DNA of 63,880 bases, filler included, from Octopus bimaculoides (lineage: Eukaryota), in assembly GCF_001194135.2 (NCBI RefSeq). It is 8 parts of 6 records of this genome, joined end to end, with 100 filler letters (N's around TTAATTAATTAA, not from the genome) between each part and the next. Parts side by side here need not be neighbours in the genome. Positions count along the whole stretch, not along the records: positions 47,852 to 58,565 come from NC_068989.1; positions 58,666 to 63,880 come from NC_069001.1; 6 more parts are not named here. One strand, 5' to 3'. Both the position numbers and the translations under genes were made by a program. Positions 51,531-63,880 of this stretch are shown piece by piece (the stretch's first letter is position 1; each line of letters opens with the position of its first letter). The notes below the pieces were generated by a model. It did not search any database. It was not told the origin of the DNA and saw only the letters and a program-made list of their open reading frames with translations.

Positions 51531-53276
51531 TAATATCAGCTAAGGTCGACGATTTTACTTATGGTCAATCATTTCTTACGTGGAGAAAGAAGACATCTGT
51601 GCATNNNNNNNNNNNNNNNNNNNNNNNNNNNNNNNNNNNNNNNNNNNNNNNNNNNNNNNNNNNNNNNNNNNNNNNNNNNNNNNNNNNNNNNNNNNNNNNN
51701 NNNNNNNNNNNNNNNNNNNNNNNNNNNNNNNNNNNNNNNNNNNNNNNNNNNNNNNNNNNNNNNNNNNNNNNNNNNNNNNNNNNNNNNNNNNNNNNNNNNN
51801 TATATATATATATATATACATATGTTTATATGCGTGTGTGTGTGTATACATATGCATACATATGTATTTGCATGTGGGTGTGCGTGTGGGTGTGCGTATG
51901 TGCGTGTGTGTGTGCGTGTGTATTCTGTGTGAGTATGGGGGGGATACGTGTATGAGGGACGAATTTTATCTGCATATATATGGTATTTGTTGCCTACTTT
52001 CAATTCATCGGGTTTTCTCATCTTCCTTCATTTAGAATGCATTTATGAAGGTGATATTTCACATTTTCTCACACTTAAAATCATATTTGGAGTAGGCATT
52101 AAGTAAACATTTAAGTAGAAATATTATTTCTAAATCTCTGAGGGAGAAACATTTAGTAACAGTACTCTAGAGTAAAGATTATTTGCCAACATAATGTGGC
52201 AGTCCTGGTTAACAGAAACATTAAGATATATCTTAATATATGATTCAGTATTTCCGAAGGCTGTTATTGTTACACACAGCATGGATAAGAAAATATATCT
52301 AAGAATTGGCAAACTCATTCTGGCGTAAGATGAAAAGAAAAATGACTCTTACTATTTATGAAGTTTTATGCTTTCTGAGTTCAAATTCCCACTGAGTCTG
52401 AGGTCAATCTTATTCACCATATTGATGGGGGCGATAAACTAAACCAACCGTCCAAGTTAGTAGATTAGCATGGTTGCTGAAGTTCTTCGTTCTAACTCTT
52501 TAGGTTCTTCACATCTGCACAGGCAGATGTGGCTGGCAAATTTGTAAATAGCTGACAAGATACTGGTTTATAAAATAACAAACCGAAGCATGGCAATGGG
52601 TAACCAGCTTTGAATGTACTGACGAATATTTCTTTGGGATATTCAGATGTATATTTAAATATCACTTGGCACAGAAGACTGCAGGAATAATCTGTTGACA
52701 TTTGGGGGCAGAGAGAAGAACATTATGAACTGGAAATATTACCTCCAAACACGCTTCAGTGTATTGACATACTTTGGGGTATATATATAATTCTGAAAAC
52801 GTATTAGAGTTATTGTGTTACTGTTAAACAGTGTATTACATTAACGTGCGTTCTTTTCAAATTCGTAAGGTTTGTTAGTGTTACGCCATTTATCGTATGA
52901 ACAGCAATAGATTTTGCTAGTAGATGGTAGTGTATTGGCAAAATCTATGCACTGCTTGATATAGAAATTAAATAATAAAGAAATGGTACGAAACATGATA
53001 TGACAGGGAAGAGTATAATATATGTTATAGAGCTTATTACCTCAGTGCTAGCAGGGAAAGGAAAGGGGAAATGGTCAAAGTAATATCGAATTCAGTCATA
53101 GTCATGATAGATCAACGTTGAAATATGTGTGTGAGGGAGAGAATATATATGTGTGCGTGTGTATATATATATATATATATATATACATACAGATAGATAA
53201 ATATAGTGAAACAGATAGATAGATACATAGATAAATAGATAGGTATATAGATAGATAAAATGACAGACAGGTAGAG

Positions 53277-53328
<52 letters not shown>

Positions 53329-54639
53329 TGAAAGGTACGCATGTAGGGTGTTAGGTAGTTATGCATATACATATGGTCGTATGTGTACATGCGCATTCAT
53401 GTATATTTCGGTGATCTGCAATTGGGATGGTTTATGAATATAAACCATTTTTATGATTTAGTTATGAGTAAACCAGAGAGCAGAACAGATGAGGAAATAT
53501 ATGCTTACGTTTATTATATAGATTTAATCAACAAATATACAAACCGACAGAAGATCAATCGAAAAAAATGAGTGTATTAACATTCGTATTTGTTTCGTAT
53601 GACTGCACAAAGCAGTTATACATACATATGCGCGTACACACACACACAGACACACACACACACACACACTCAGCTATATGGCATAAACGCCTTATATGCC
53701 GAAGCATATTAAATACGTTTTAGTTCAGTAAATATACATTTTCTTAAACGCGTAAATGATTCTCAATAATCGTAATCTATCTAGCCATCAACGTCTTAAG
53801 TTTTTCAGAGGACTCTACCACATGCTCAGAGTTATTTCACAAATTGATTTTAAAAAATCCGATGTGTATATATCAATGACCAAAAGGAAGCTATTAAAGG
53901 AAAAGTACCTGAAAGTATGTCAGGGAGTAATTTGTGTTTGGGCGATGCATTAGTTATAAAATGAGTTAATTTAGCATACTGCGGACATGTATCTACACAC
54001 AAATATATATATGTACATGTATATATATNNNNNNNNNNATGTATATTGTGTGCGTGCGTATGTTGTGCGTGTGTGTACGAGTGAGTAACTACGAATGCAC
54101 TAATAAATATATATGCTACACAGTAAAAGTTTAGTCTAAAATTGTATTGAATATGCACAACTATACAAATATTCTACAAAATACATTCTGCTTATAGAAT
54201 AAGATGTGCCGCTCAAAACTCTTAAAATTCCGATTGTCGGGGATTTTATTAATTATGTATATCTGTTGCAAACTATAGTCTGCTGATGAGATTGGAAAGG
54301 TTTGAAACAAGATTGGAGTTAACGACTGAGAAACATTACCGTTCAAATCTGAACACACAGCTAATAAGCAAATATGAAAACACAAATTTAAAAGATGTTA
54401 AACTCGATGTTAATAATCTTTAACTTTCCATGTTTATAATGAATGTCTTTCTATGTATGTAAACAATAAATCAGAATGTTTCTCTATATATACAGGTACG
54501 TATGCATGGATATAAGTATGTATGTTTATGAATATCTGTGTATGTGTGTCAGGAAAAGCACAGTATTAACTATGAAAAATGTGTTACCATAATTTCGGGA
54601 CATCGATATAGTTTTACTGCAGAACAGCTTTAATATTGG

Positions 54640-55520
54640 TTTCAAATTTTGGCACAAGGCTGGAAACTACGAAAGAGAGGGTAAGTCAATTACATCTACC
54701 TAGTACTAAATTTATCGACCTCGAAAGTCGTCCTTAGCGGAGTTTGAACGCAGAATGTAAAAAAGATGAAATGTCGCTAAGCCTTTCACCCGGCATGCTA
54801 AAAAGGTTTTTCGCAGCTCGCCACTCAGGACAGTTTTAATATTATGAAGAAATTTCTCGCCTTGTAGCAAAAATTGAAATCAAAATTACGAACAAAGAAG
54901 GCGGTGGGCCCCCAGCGCGTCGTAATATTGAGCGACATTTCGTCCACCTTCACGTTCTGTGTTCAAAATCCATCGTGGTCGAATTTGCCTTTCATTCTTT
55001 CGGAGTCGATAAAATAAGTACCAGTTATGTACTGGTGTCAATAGAATCGATTTACCTCTCTGCTAAAACTGAAGTCAATATTACGAACAAGTAAGGCGGT
55101 GAGCTGGCAGAAACGTTAGCACGCCGGGCGAAATCCTCAGCGGTATTTCGTCTGTCTTTACAATCTGAGTTCAAATTCCGGTGAGGTCGACTTTGTCTTT
55201 CATGCTTTCAGAGTCAATAAATTAAGTACCAGTTGCGTACTGGGGTAGATCTAACCAACTGCACCCTCCTCCAAAATTTCGGACCTTGTGCCTAGAGCAG
55301 AAAAGAATATTACAAACAAAGAAGTCGGCAAGCTGCCAGAAAAGTTAGCGCGCATTACCTTCCGACTTTACGTCCTGTGTTCAAATGCTACCGTGGCCTA
55401 CTTTGCCTTTTACCTTTTCGGGTTAGATAAAATAAGTAGCAGTTTGGCACTGAGGTTGTGGCAACTGACTGATCCACCCTCCCCTCCACATGAAATTCGT
55501 GGCCTTGTGGCAAAATTTCA
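54640..55520. mobile_element. Cluster of four family A SINEs: 54640-54823 (-), 54899-55070, 55095-55305, 55325-55520 (+)
   Basis: Each unit colinear with 51319-51530. Confidence 0.85.
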
Positions 55521-55796
55521 AACCAATATTAAGGAGAAGTGCTAGTGATTCTTTGTCCCACGCAGTAATTCTATTTTTCCTTTTCGTTATCCATGAAGCG
55601 ACCAAAACATCCACTTGCAGCTGTAAATTAGCAAACCATGCATCAAATACTTTGTTTATCTACTCGCTTCCTGACAATTTGTTTTTCTGCTCTCAGCTGA
55701 GGACTGTTTTTTTTTTAAATGTATGGTAAAGCAATTTCAGGCTGATATATAGATTTCGAATATCTCTCTCGCTTTCTCTCCCTTTATTTCTTTCTT

Positions 55797-55829
<33 letters not shown>

Positions 55830-56192
55830 NNNNNNNNNNNNNNNNNNNNNNNNNNNNNNNNNNNNNNNNNNNNNNNNNNNNNNNNNNNNNNNNNNNNNNN
55901 NNNNNNNNNNNNNNNNNNNNNNNNNNNNNNNNNNNNNNNNNNNNNNNNNNNNNNNNNNNNNNNNNNNNNNNNNNNNNNNNNNNNNNNNNNNNNNNNNNNN
56001 NNNNNNNNNNNNNNNNNNNNNNNNNNNNNNNNNNNNNNNNNNNNNNNNNNNNNNNNNNNNNNNNNNNNNNNNNNNNNNNNNNNNNNNNNNNNNNNNNNNN
56101 NNNNNNNNNNNNNNNNNNNNNNNNNNNNNNNNNNNNNNNNNNNNNNNNNNNNNNNNNNNNNNNNNNNNNNNNNNNNNNNNNNNNNNNNNNNN

Positions 56193-56233
<41 letters not shown>

Positions 56234-56338
56234 CACACACATTTCCACATATGCTCACACACCCACAAGCACACACAAACACACACACGCAAACACACAC
56301 ACATCCACACAAACCACACATACACACAAACCACACAA

Positions 56339-56373
<35 letters not shown>

Positions 56374-57633
56374 AACACATTTATGGTTGAGTAGCATTAT
56401 TGAATGAGTGTTTTGAATGGGAAATTTCATGGAAATATCTAAAATCTTTTTAGCTCTGTTGGAATTCTAACGAGCAAAATATATTTTTTCCTATAGTCGT
56501 GTAATTTCCTAAAGGATTTTAGTAGATATTGCTAGCATTCATGCATTAACGAAATAACTAGTCAAAGAATAGGCAACTATATAGCGAACGAGGCAAGCGT
56601 GTTTCATTCCAGCACAAACATTATTTTGTACAATTACAGACACAAACACATACACACAAACACACACACATACACACACCCCACACACAAATATGTGAGT
56701 GAGTGCATATGTGCGTGCTTGTGTTTGTATATGGTGTGTGTGTGTCAGTGTGCGTATATGTGTGTATGTGTAGGTGTGTGTTTGCATTTCCGCTTCCCAG
56801 CAAATTCATATAAGTATTCACGAAATTGAAGAATTCTTCACATTGTTCCGAGTAATTCCTTCATATATGTATGGCGATATATTGAAAGGTGAAACATAAA
56901 GTTAAACCTAATATTTATCGTCAATTATTATTAGTTTCAATCTTTTAGAATCTGAGAGACATATCTATGCCNNNNNNNNNNNNNNNNNNNNNNNNNNNNN
57001 NNNNNNNNNNNNNNNNNNNNNNNNNNNNNNNNNNNNNNNNNNNNNNNNNNNNNNNNNNNNNNNNNNNNNNNNNNNNNNNNNNNNNNNNNNNNNNNNNNNN
57101 NNNNNNNNNNNNNNNNNNNNNNNNNNNNNNNNNNNNNNNNNNNNNNNNNNNNNNNNNNNNNNNNNNNNNNNNNNNNNNNNNNNNNNNNNNNNNNNNNNNN
57201 NNNNNNNNNNNNNNNNNNNNNNNNNNNNNNNNNNNNNNNNNNNNNNNNNNNNNNNNNNNNNNNNNNNNNNNNNNNNNNNNNNNNNNNNNNNNNNNNNNNN
57301 NNNNNNNNNNNNNNNNNNNNNNNNNNNNNNNNNNNNNNNNNNNNNNNNNNNNNNNNNNNNNNNNNNNNNNNNNNNNNNNNNNNNNNNNNNNNNNNNNNNN
57401 NNNNNNNNNNNNNNNNNNNNNNNNNNNNNNNNNNNNNNNNNNNNNNNNNNNNNNNNNNNNNNNNNNNNNNNNNNNNNNNNNNNNNNNNNNNNNNNNNNNN
57501 NNNNNNNNNNNNNNNNNNNNNNNNNNNNNNNNNNNNNNNNNNNNNNNNNNNNNNNNNNNNNNNNNNNNNNNNNNNNNNNNNNNNNNNNNNNNNNNNNNNN
57601 NNNNNNNNNNNNNNNNNNNNNNNNNNNNNNNNN

Positions 57634-57669
<36 letters not shown>

Positions 57670-58688
57670 AATATATATATGTACGAATGTATATTCATAT
57701 ATATATAAGGATATAAATAAGTATGTGTATGTAGATGCATAATTCACACATGTATATAAATACTTGTGTGAGTGTGTTTGTGTCATATATGTGTATCTTG
57801 GCACGTGTTCGATATCATATTACGTCATATTATTTATATTTAGGCTGTATTCAAAGGCTGGATATTATGCATGACTACCAGCTATTCCATATGAAATGAA
57901 CAAAAATCGTGGAGAAGCGACTAAAGATAATAATACGTTACCATACGGAAACACTCATGCACAAATCCCTTTATACAAACACATATTGGTGTAAAACACT
58001 TTTTTCACACTGTTCCTTTCTTTCTCTAAAATAACCTTACGGTGATTTATATATTTACTGTGAGTCAACATTACTTATACTATAATACCTATACACACTG
58101 ATGTAATTACATGCATCTGATTACAGGCTGCACAATGTTATAGATTCACACACATACATATATATATATATATATGCGTTTTGTGTATACACATATATTA
58201 AAAATGCTGCAATAATTGCTACGAGGTCATATCACGCATCGTTAATCAGAAGTTACATTTGCCGTTTAGCTTTTTCTTATATAAAGTTAAGGTATCTGTT
58301 TCAAATATTACATAATATATATGAATATTTCTTACGGATATTGGTGAAAATCTGTCGGGAAAACTGTTTTCGATGAACACTGTAAAACACGTATACATCT
58401 TGCGGTCGAATATACGAAATCTTTTAGAATTACATGTGACTCTCTGTATTTGCATATAAGTGTGCATACAGAGACAAACACATATATAATGTGATATAAT
58501 TTTTAACGATTTCAACCCATGCATACACACACATATAGCTACACACACACACACACACACACACANNNNNNNNNNNNNNNNNNNNNNNNNNNNNNNNNNN
58601 NNNNNNNNNTTAATTAATTAANNNNNNNNNNNNNNNNNNNNNNNNNNNNNNNNNNNNNNNNNNNNTATATATATATATATATATATAC

Positions 58689-58737
<49 letters not shown>

Positions 58738-58871
58738 TGTGTGTGTATGTGTGTATGTGTACGCGCTCGTGCGCCTGTGTGTGTATGTATGTATGTATGT
58801 TTGTATATATGTATGTATATTTGTATATATGTATGTATGCATGTATGTATATATGTATGTATGTATGTTTG

Positions 58872-58904
<33 letters not shown>

Positions 58905-59382
58905 GTGAGGCATCCGCTAAAAAAACTGAAGCGAGACATTTCCATCCTGCCTTGTCTCTTTAAGTGAAAGTGTTAAAAAAAAAAAAGCTTCAGCCGTGAT
59001 TCCTTGTGGTATTTGCTCCAGTTCTTAGAGTTCTGTGTTCGGGTCCCACAACAGCCAGATTTAGTCCCTGTCATCCACTCTAACACCATCGCCTGGCACT
59101 TAAGGGGCCTTTACCAGAGTTCATTTTGTTGCAAGCATGCGGATTAGATTTCTGGTGTGAGGAATACTTCATTCTTGCCCCTCTCTCAGAAGTCTTAAAG
59201 GTCCTTTTAAGGGTCAGGAGAACCACTACCTCCCTTAACTAAAAGCCAGATCCCTTCGTGGATGATAGTTTCTTAGTTTTGTGACGCTGAGGAGCCCCTT
59301 GTATGCTTTTATCTTTCTTTTGAGAAACTGTTGTTTCATACCAGTTTCCTCCTCACGAGCTATCATGGCCATTATCCGCCAT

Positions 59383-59504
59383 CACAGATGTAACCCACCC
59401 AGATGTAACCCATCCAGATGTAACCCACTCAGATGTAACCAACCCAGATATAACAGATGTAATTGATGTACAAACAGATGTAACTCATCTGTTGTACATC
59501 AATT
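59383..59504 (+). repeat. 15-bp minisatellite (cagatgtaacccacc) ending in a short hairpin
   Basis: About five units, then aattgatgtacaaacagatg-taact-catctgttgtacatcaatt. Confidence 0.85.
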
Positions 59505-59884
59505 TCTTCTGTACGAGTTATCGCAGCCATCGATTTACCATGACAGACGTTTGTGGGATGCGATCCACGTCTGCCTGTTCCGTCGAATGTTGGATTGAGT
59601 ATCAAGACATACTATCATGACATGACAGAGCTATCGCTCTTCAAGTCTCGAACAGGGAAGGACCGTTTTAATATTCTTTTCTTTACAATTCCTGCGGGTT
59701 AGTTAAAACAGTATCGACTCAGAGTAGCCGATTGCTGAAACTGTGAAAATATCGAACCGGGTGATTTCTGTCACTCCACGTGGTCATTTTCTTTTTTTTT
59801 TTCTTTCGATTCTGCCAGTTAACCATCCGGGATGACATCATCACCTTCGGTATCATATTTACCGTACTATTAGCGCCGTCGTCT

Positions 59885-59909
59885 TTGTCTTCATCATCAC
59901 CATCATCAA

Positions 59910-59946
<37 letters not shown>

Positions 59947-60369
59947 TTCATCATCCCCTTCATCATCCTCTTCTTCATCATCATCATCATCATCATCATT
60001 TTTTATCATTCAGATCCTCATCATCATAACCATCACATTATAATCATTATCATAGTTATCCTCCTCCTCCTCCTCATCATCATCATCATCACCATCATCA
60101 CCATCATCACCATCATCACCATTATCATATTCCTCCTCATAACCTCATCCTCGCCACCATTTTTAATTATTCTTAACATCCTCCTTTTCATTATCATCAT
60201 CATCATCGTCATCGTCATCATCATCATCATCATCATCATCACTACCAACCTTATCATCCTTATCATCCACATCCACATCCTCATCTTCCTTCATCATCAC
60301 CATCATCATCATCCCGATCCTCATCATCTTAACCATCACAGTCATCATAATTGCTATCATGATTATCCC

Positions 60370-60428
<59 letters not shown>

Positions 60429-60576
60429 CCACCATCTTTTATTATCCTTAACATCCCCTCTTCATTATCATCATCATCGTCATCATCATTATCATCGTCA
60501 TCATCATTATCATCATCATCATCATTATCATCATCATCATCATTATCATCATCATCATCATCACCATCATCATCAT

Positions 60577-60612
<36 letters not shown>

Positions 60613-60635
60613 TGTGATCATCGTTATCACCACCA
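59885..60635. repeat. Long degenerate (CAT)n array
   Basis: Directly visible. Confidence 0.95.
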
Positions 60636-60927
60636 CCAACACTATGTGTCTACTCGAAGCCTGTAACTGTTAGCAATAAACGCTTGAAAGCCAGCATGCA
60701 GTTCTGCCGACGAATACTGTGTTTTGTGTTTTGTGTTGTGTGTTCTGTATTGTGCATGTGACATGTGTAATGAGGAGTACGAATCGGGAGCGATTTGTTA
60801 GCTTGTCTTTCATTATTTTTTTCCTGTACAACGTGAGGACGGTGAAAGGGACACACCCGCAGCTAGTTCATTGTTATGCAACACTCTGTTATGCCTGTGC
60901 CCTGAGATAATATGGTCCAACTGTGGT

Positions 60928-60982
<55 letters not shown>

Positions 60983-61055
60983 AGCTAGATAGATAGAGAG
61001 AGAGAAATAGGGAGTTGGAGAGAGAGAAGTGGATAGATAGATGGATGGATGGATG

Positions 61056-61120
<65 letters not shown>

Positions 61121-61859
61121 NNNNNNNNNNNNNNNNNNNNNNNNNNNNNNNNNNNNNNNNNNNNNNNNNNNNNNNNNNNNNNNNNNNNNNNNNNNNNNNN
61201 NNNNNNNNNNNNNNNNNNNNNNNNNNNNNNNNNNNNNNNNNNNNNNNNNNNNNNNNNNNNNNNNNNNNNNNNNNNNNNNNNNNNNNNNNNNNNNNNNNNN
61301 NNNNNNNNNNNNNNNNNNNNNNNNNNNNNNNNNNNNNNNNNNNNNNNNNNNNNNNNNNNNNNNNNNNNNNNNNNNNNNNNNNNNNNNNNNNNNNNNNNNN
61401 NNNNNNNNNNNNNNNNNNNNNNNNNNNNNNNNNNNNNNNNNNNNNNNNNNNNNNNNNNNNNNNNNNNNNNNNNNNNNNNNNNNNNNNNNNNNNNNNNNNN
61501 NNNNNNNNNNNNNNNNNNNNNNNNNNNNNNNNNNNNNNNNNNNNNNNNNNNNNNNNNNNNNNNNNNNNNNNNNNNNNNNNNNNNNNNNNNNNNNNNNNNN
61601 NNNNNNNNNNNNNNNNNNNNNNNNNNNNNNNNNNNNNNNNNNNNNNNNNNNNNNNNNNNNNNNNNNNNNNNNNNNNNNNNNNNNNNNNNNNNNNNNNNNN
61701 NNNNNNNNNNNNNNNNNNNNNNNNNNNNNNNNNNNNNNNNNNNNNNNNNNNNNNNNNNNNNNNNNNNNNNNNNNNNNNNNNNNNNNNNNNNNNNNNNNNN
61801 NNNNNNNNNNNNNNNNNNNNNNNNNNNNNNNNNNNNNNNNNNNNNNNNNNNNNNNNNNN

Positions 61860-61888
<29 letters not shown>

Positions 61889-61891
<3 letters not shown>

Positions 61892-62060
61892 CGAAATTGC
61901 AAAGATAATCTGGAACTCGACTGAGGATAGAAAACTCCGAATGACTTGTCCTTGTTTTCTTTGTATCGTCTGTCTGGATGTTTTGTTGTCCATTTTTTTT
62001 TGTATCATCTAACTGTCTGGATGTTTTGCGTTCTTGTCCCAGATCCGCTTGTTCGCCGGT
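61889..62060 (+). repeat. Possible diverged and truncated Penelope pLTR relative
   Basis: GAAA + 24 nt + CTGAGGA-tagaaaactcc, then gacttgtcc..gttttc..ttttgttgtcc, similar to 21397-21486. Confidence 0.4.
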
Positions 62061-62214
62061 AGGCTGCTTTTTAGTGCAGTGGCGATGGCTCCCTCAAATC
62101 GCCGGCTGTTAAAACATCCGAAATTCATAGACAGAGGACACAACTCGCCCCAAATCCCATACAGATACGTACGACAAGCTTCTTTCAGCTTTAGCCTACG
62201 AAATCCACCCACAA

Positions 62215-62325
62215 CGCTTTAGTCAAACCAAGGCTATTGTAGCGAACACTTGCCCAAGGCGCTATGCAATGGGAATGAACCCCAAACTATGTAGCTGGAA
62301 ACAAGACTTCTTACCACACCCCACA
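62215..62325 (-). mobile_element. SINE family B head fragment
   Basis: acacttgcccaagg...atgggaatgaaccc...cttaccacac. Confidence 0.65.
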
Positions 62326-63134
62326 GGAGTTATTATATTTTTGTCAGTAAATAATGAGAGACCCCGGTACTCAGTAAATCCTCTTCATAACATATTCCAC
62401 AGCCAAGAAATCCGCTAAAAACTTGAATGTCATTTTAACAAACGCATTTAGAAAACAACAATAGCATATTAAAAAAAACAAAAAAAAATTGTTGTAAACA
62501 GCTCTATGTACAAGCGTATGCGTGTGTATGTGCATATATCTATATATCTATGTATATGATTATTTAAAAAAGGAATATTCATATGTGTGCGTGTGTGTGT
62601 CTGTGTGTGTGTGTATGCATACATATATATTAACATACACTTATAGAGAGAGAGAGAGAGTGAGATAGCCACATGGACAGCTATACAAAGTGTGCTTATA
62701 AATGCATATATATATATATATATANNNNNNNNNNNNNNNNNNNNNNNNNNNNNNNNNNNNNNNNNNNNNNNNNNNNNNNNNNNNNNNNNNNNNNNNNNNN
62801 NNNNNNNNNNNNNNNNNNNNNNNNNNNNNNNNNNNNNNNNNNNNNNNNNNNNNNNNNNNNNNNNNNNNNNNNNNNNNNNNNNNNNNNNNNNNNNNNNNNN
62901 NNNNNNNNNNNNNNNNNNNNNNNNNNNNNNNNNNNNNNNNNNNNNNNNNNNNNNNNNNNNNNNNNNNNNNNNNNNNNNNNNNNNNNNNNNNNNNNNNNNN
63001 NNNNNNNNNNNNNNNNNNNNNNNNNNNNNNNNNNNNNNNNNNNNNNNNNNNNNNNNNNNNNNNNNNNNNNNNNNNNNNNNNNNNNNNNNNNNNNNNNNNN
63101 NNNNNNNNNNNNNNNNNNNNNNNNNNNNNNNNNN

Positions 63135-63179
<45 letters not shown>

Positions 63180-63390
63180 TATACATATACATATATATAC
63201 ATATATATAATACTAATATATATATACTTATATATGTATATATATATACTTATATATATTTATATATGTATATATGTATGTATGAATGTATGTATGTATA
63301 TAATAAACATACATACCTGCACCACCACTGCTACCACCCACTCTCAGAAATACTGAATACAAATGATGAAATACGCACACACGCATATAT

Positions 63391-63421
<31 letters not shown>

Positions 63422-63559
63422 CATATTTAAACATACAGATTCCAGAACACTCCCGAACAACAAGTAACCACCATAAACATCATTAAGACCAAGGCTAACG
63501 AAGATGGTGGAAGACTTCGCACTTCATCTTAATCATCCATCATGATAGGGTGCTGCTGC

Positions 63560-63773
63560 TACTGCTGCTGTTGATAATGATGATGATGATGATGATGACG
63601 ACGACGACGATGATGATGATGATGATGACGATGATGATGGCGATGATGATGATGATGATGATGACGACGATGATGATGATGATGACGACGATGATGATGA
63701 TGATGATGATGATGATGACGTCGACGATGGTGATGACGATGATGATGACGATGACGATGATGATGATGATGAC

Positions 63774-63805
<32 letters not shown>

Positions 63806-63880
63806 CGACGACGATGGTGATGACGATGATGATGACGATGACGATGACGATGATGATGACGATGATGATGATGATGATGA
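63560..63880. repeat. (GAT/GAC)n array
   Basis: Directly visible. Confidence 0.95.

Noticed and set aside
54275-54330. CTGATGA...GAAA hammerhead-like spacing
   Set aside because: Stems II and III cannot be formed convincingly and there is no PLE context.
18201-58665. Recurrent TTAATTAATTAA palindrome inside N runs
   Set aside because: Identical 44N-12-44N placeholder seven times; an assembly linker, not biology. Adjacency across these joins is uncertain.
59020-59220. Possible RTE 3' remnant on the minus strand (NSGKGPLSARRW)
   Set aside because: Too degenerate to call.
1809-63434. Numerous ORFs rich in YI, CV, HT, LS, poly-I/L/M/D/S or X
   Set aside because: Translations of di- and trinucleotide microsatellites and N gaps.

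Overview
AT-rich, repeat-dense eukaryotic genomic DNA, most likely from an octopod cephalopod (inferred from the tRNA-derived SINE families, DD37D mariner-like copies and microsatellite load; not verified). The window is fragmented by N gaps and seven artificial 100-bp N44-TTAATTAATTAA-N44 linkers. I found no host protein-coding gene that I can support; the non-TE ORFs are mostly microsatellite artefacts. Identifiable content is decayed mobile DNA: a Tc1 transposon nested in a Helitron remnant, two DD37D/maT-like derivatives, a mariner MITE, Penelope-like elements (PLE; RT plus GIY-YIG), a near full-length R4/Dong-like RLE retrotransposon with about six 3' fragments mostly embedded in (TAA)n, RTE and L1/Tx1 fragments, about 20 SINE copies, and several long foldback elements. 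Most interesting: the PLE pseudo-LTR carries all three hammerhead ribozyme core strands (GUC, CUGAUGA, GAAA) in a non-circularly permuted order. It occurs in three copies (21379-21434 +, 21117-21172 -, 26459-26515 +), with compensatory and wobble changes that preserve stems I and III.
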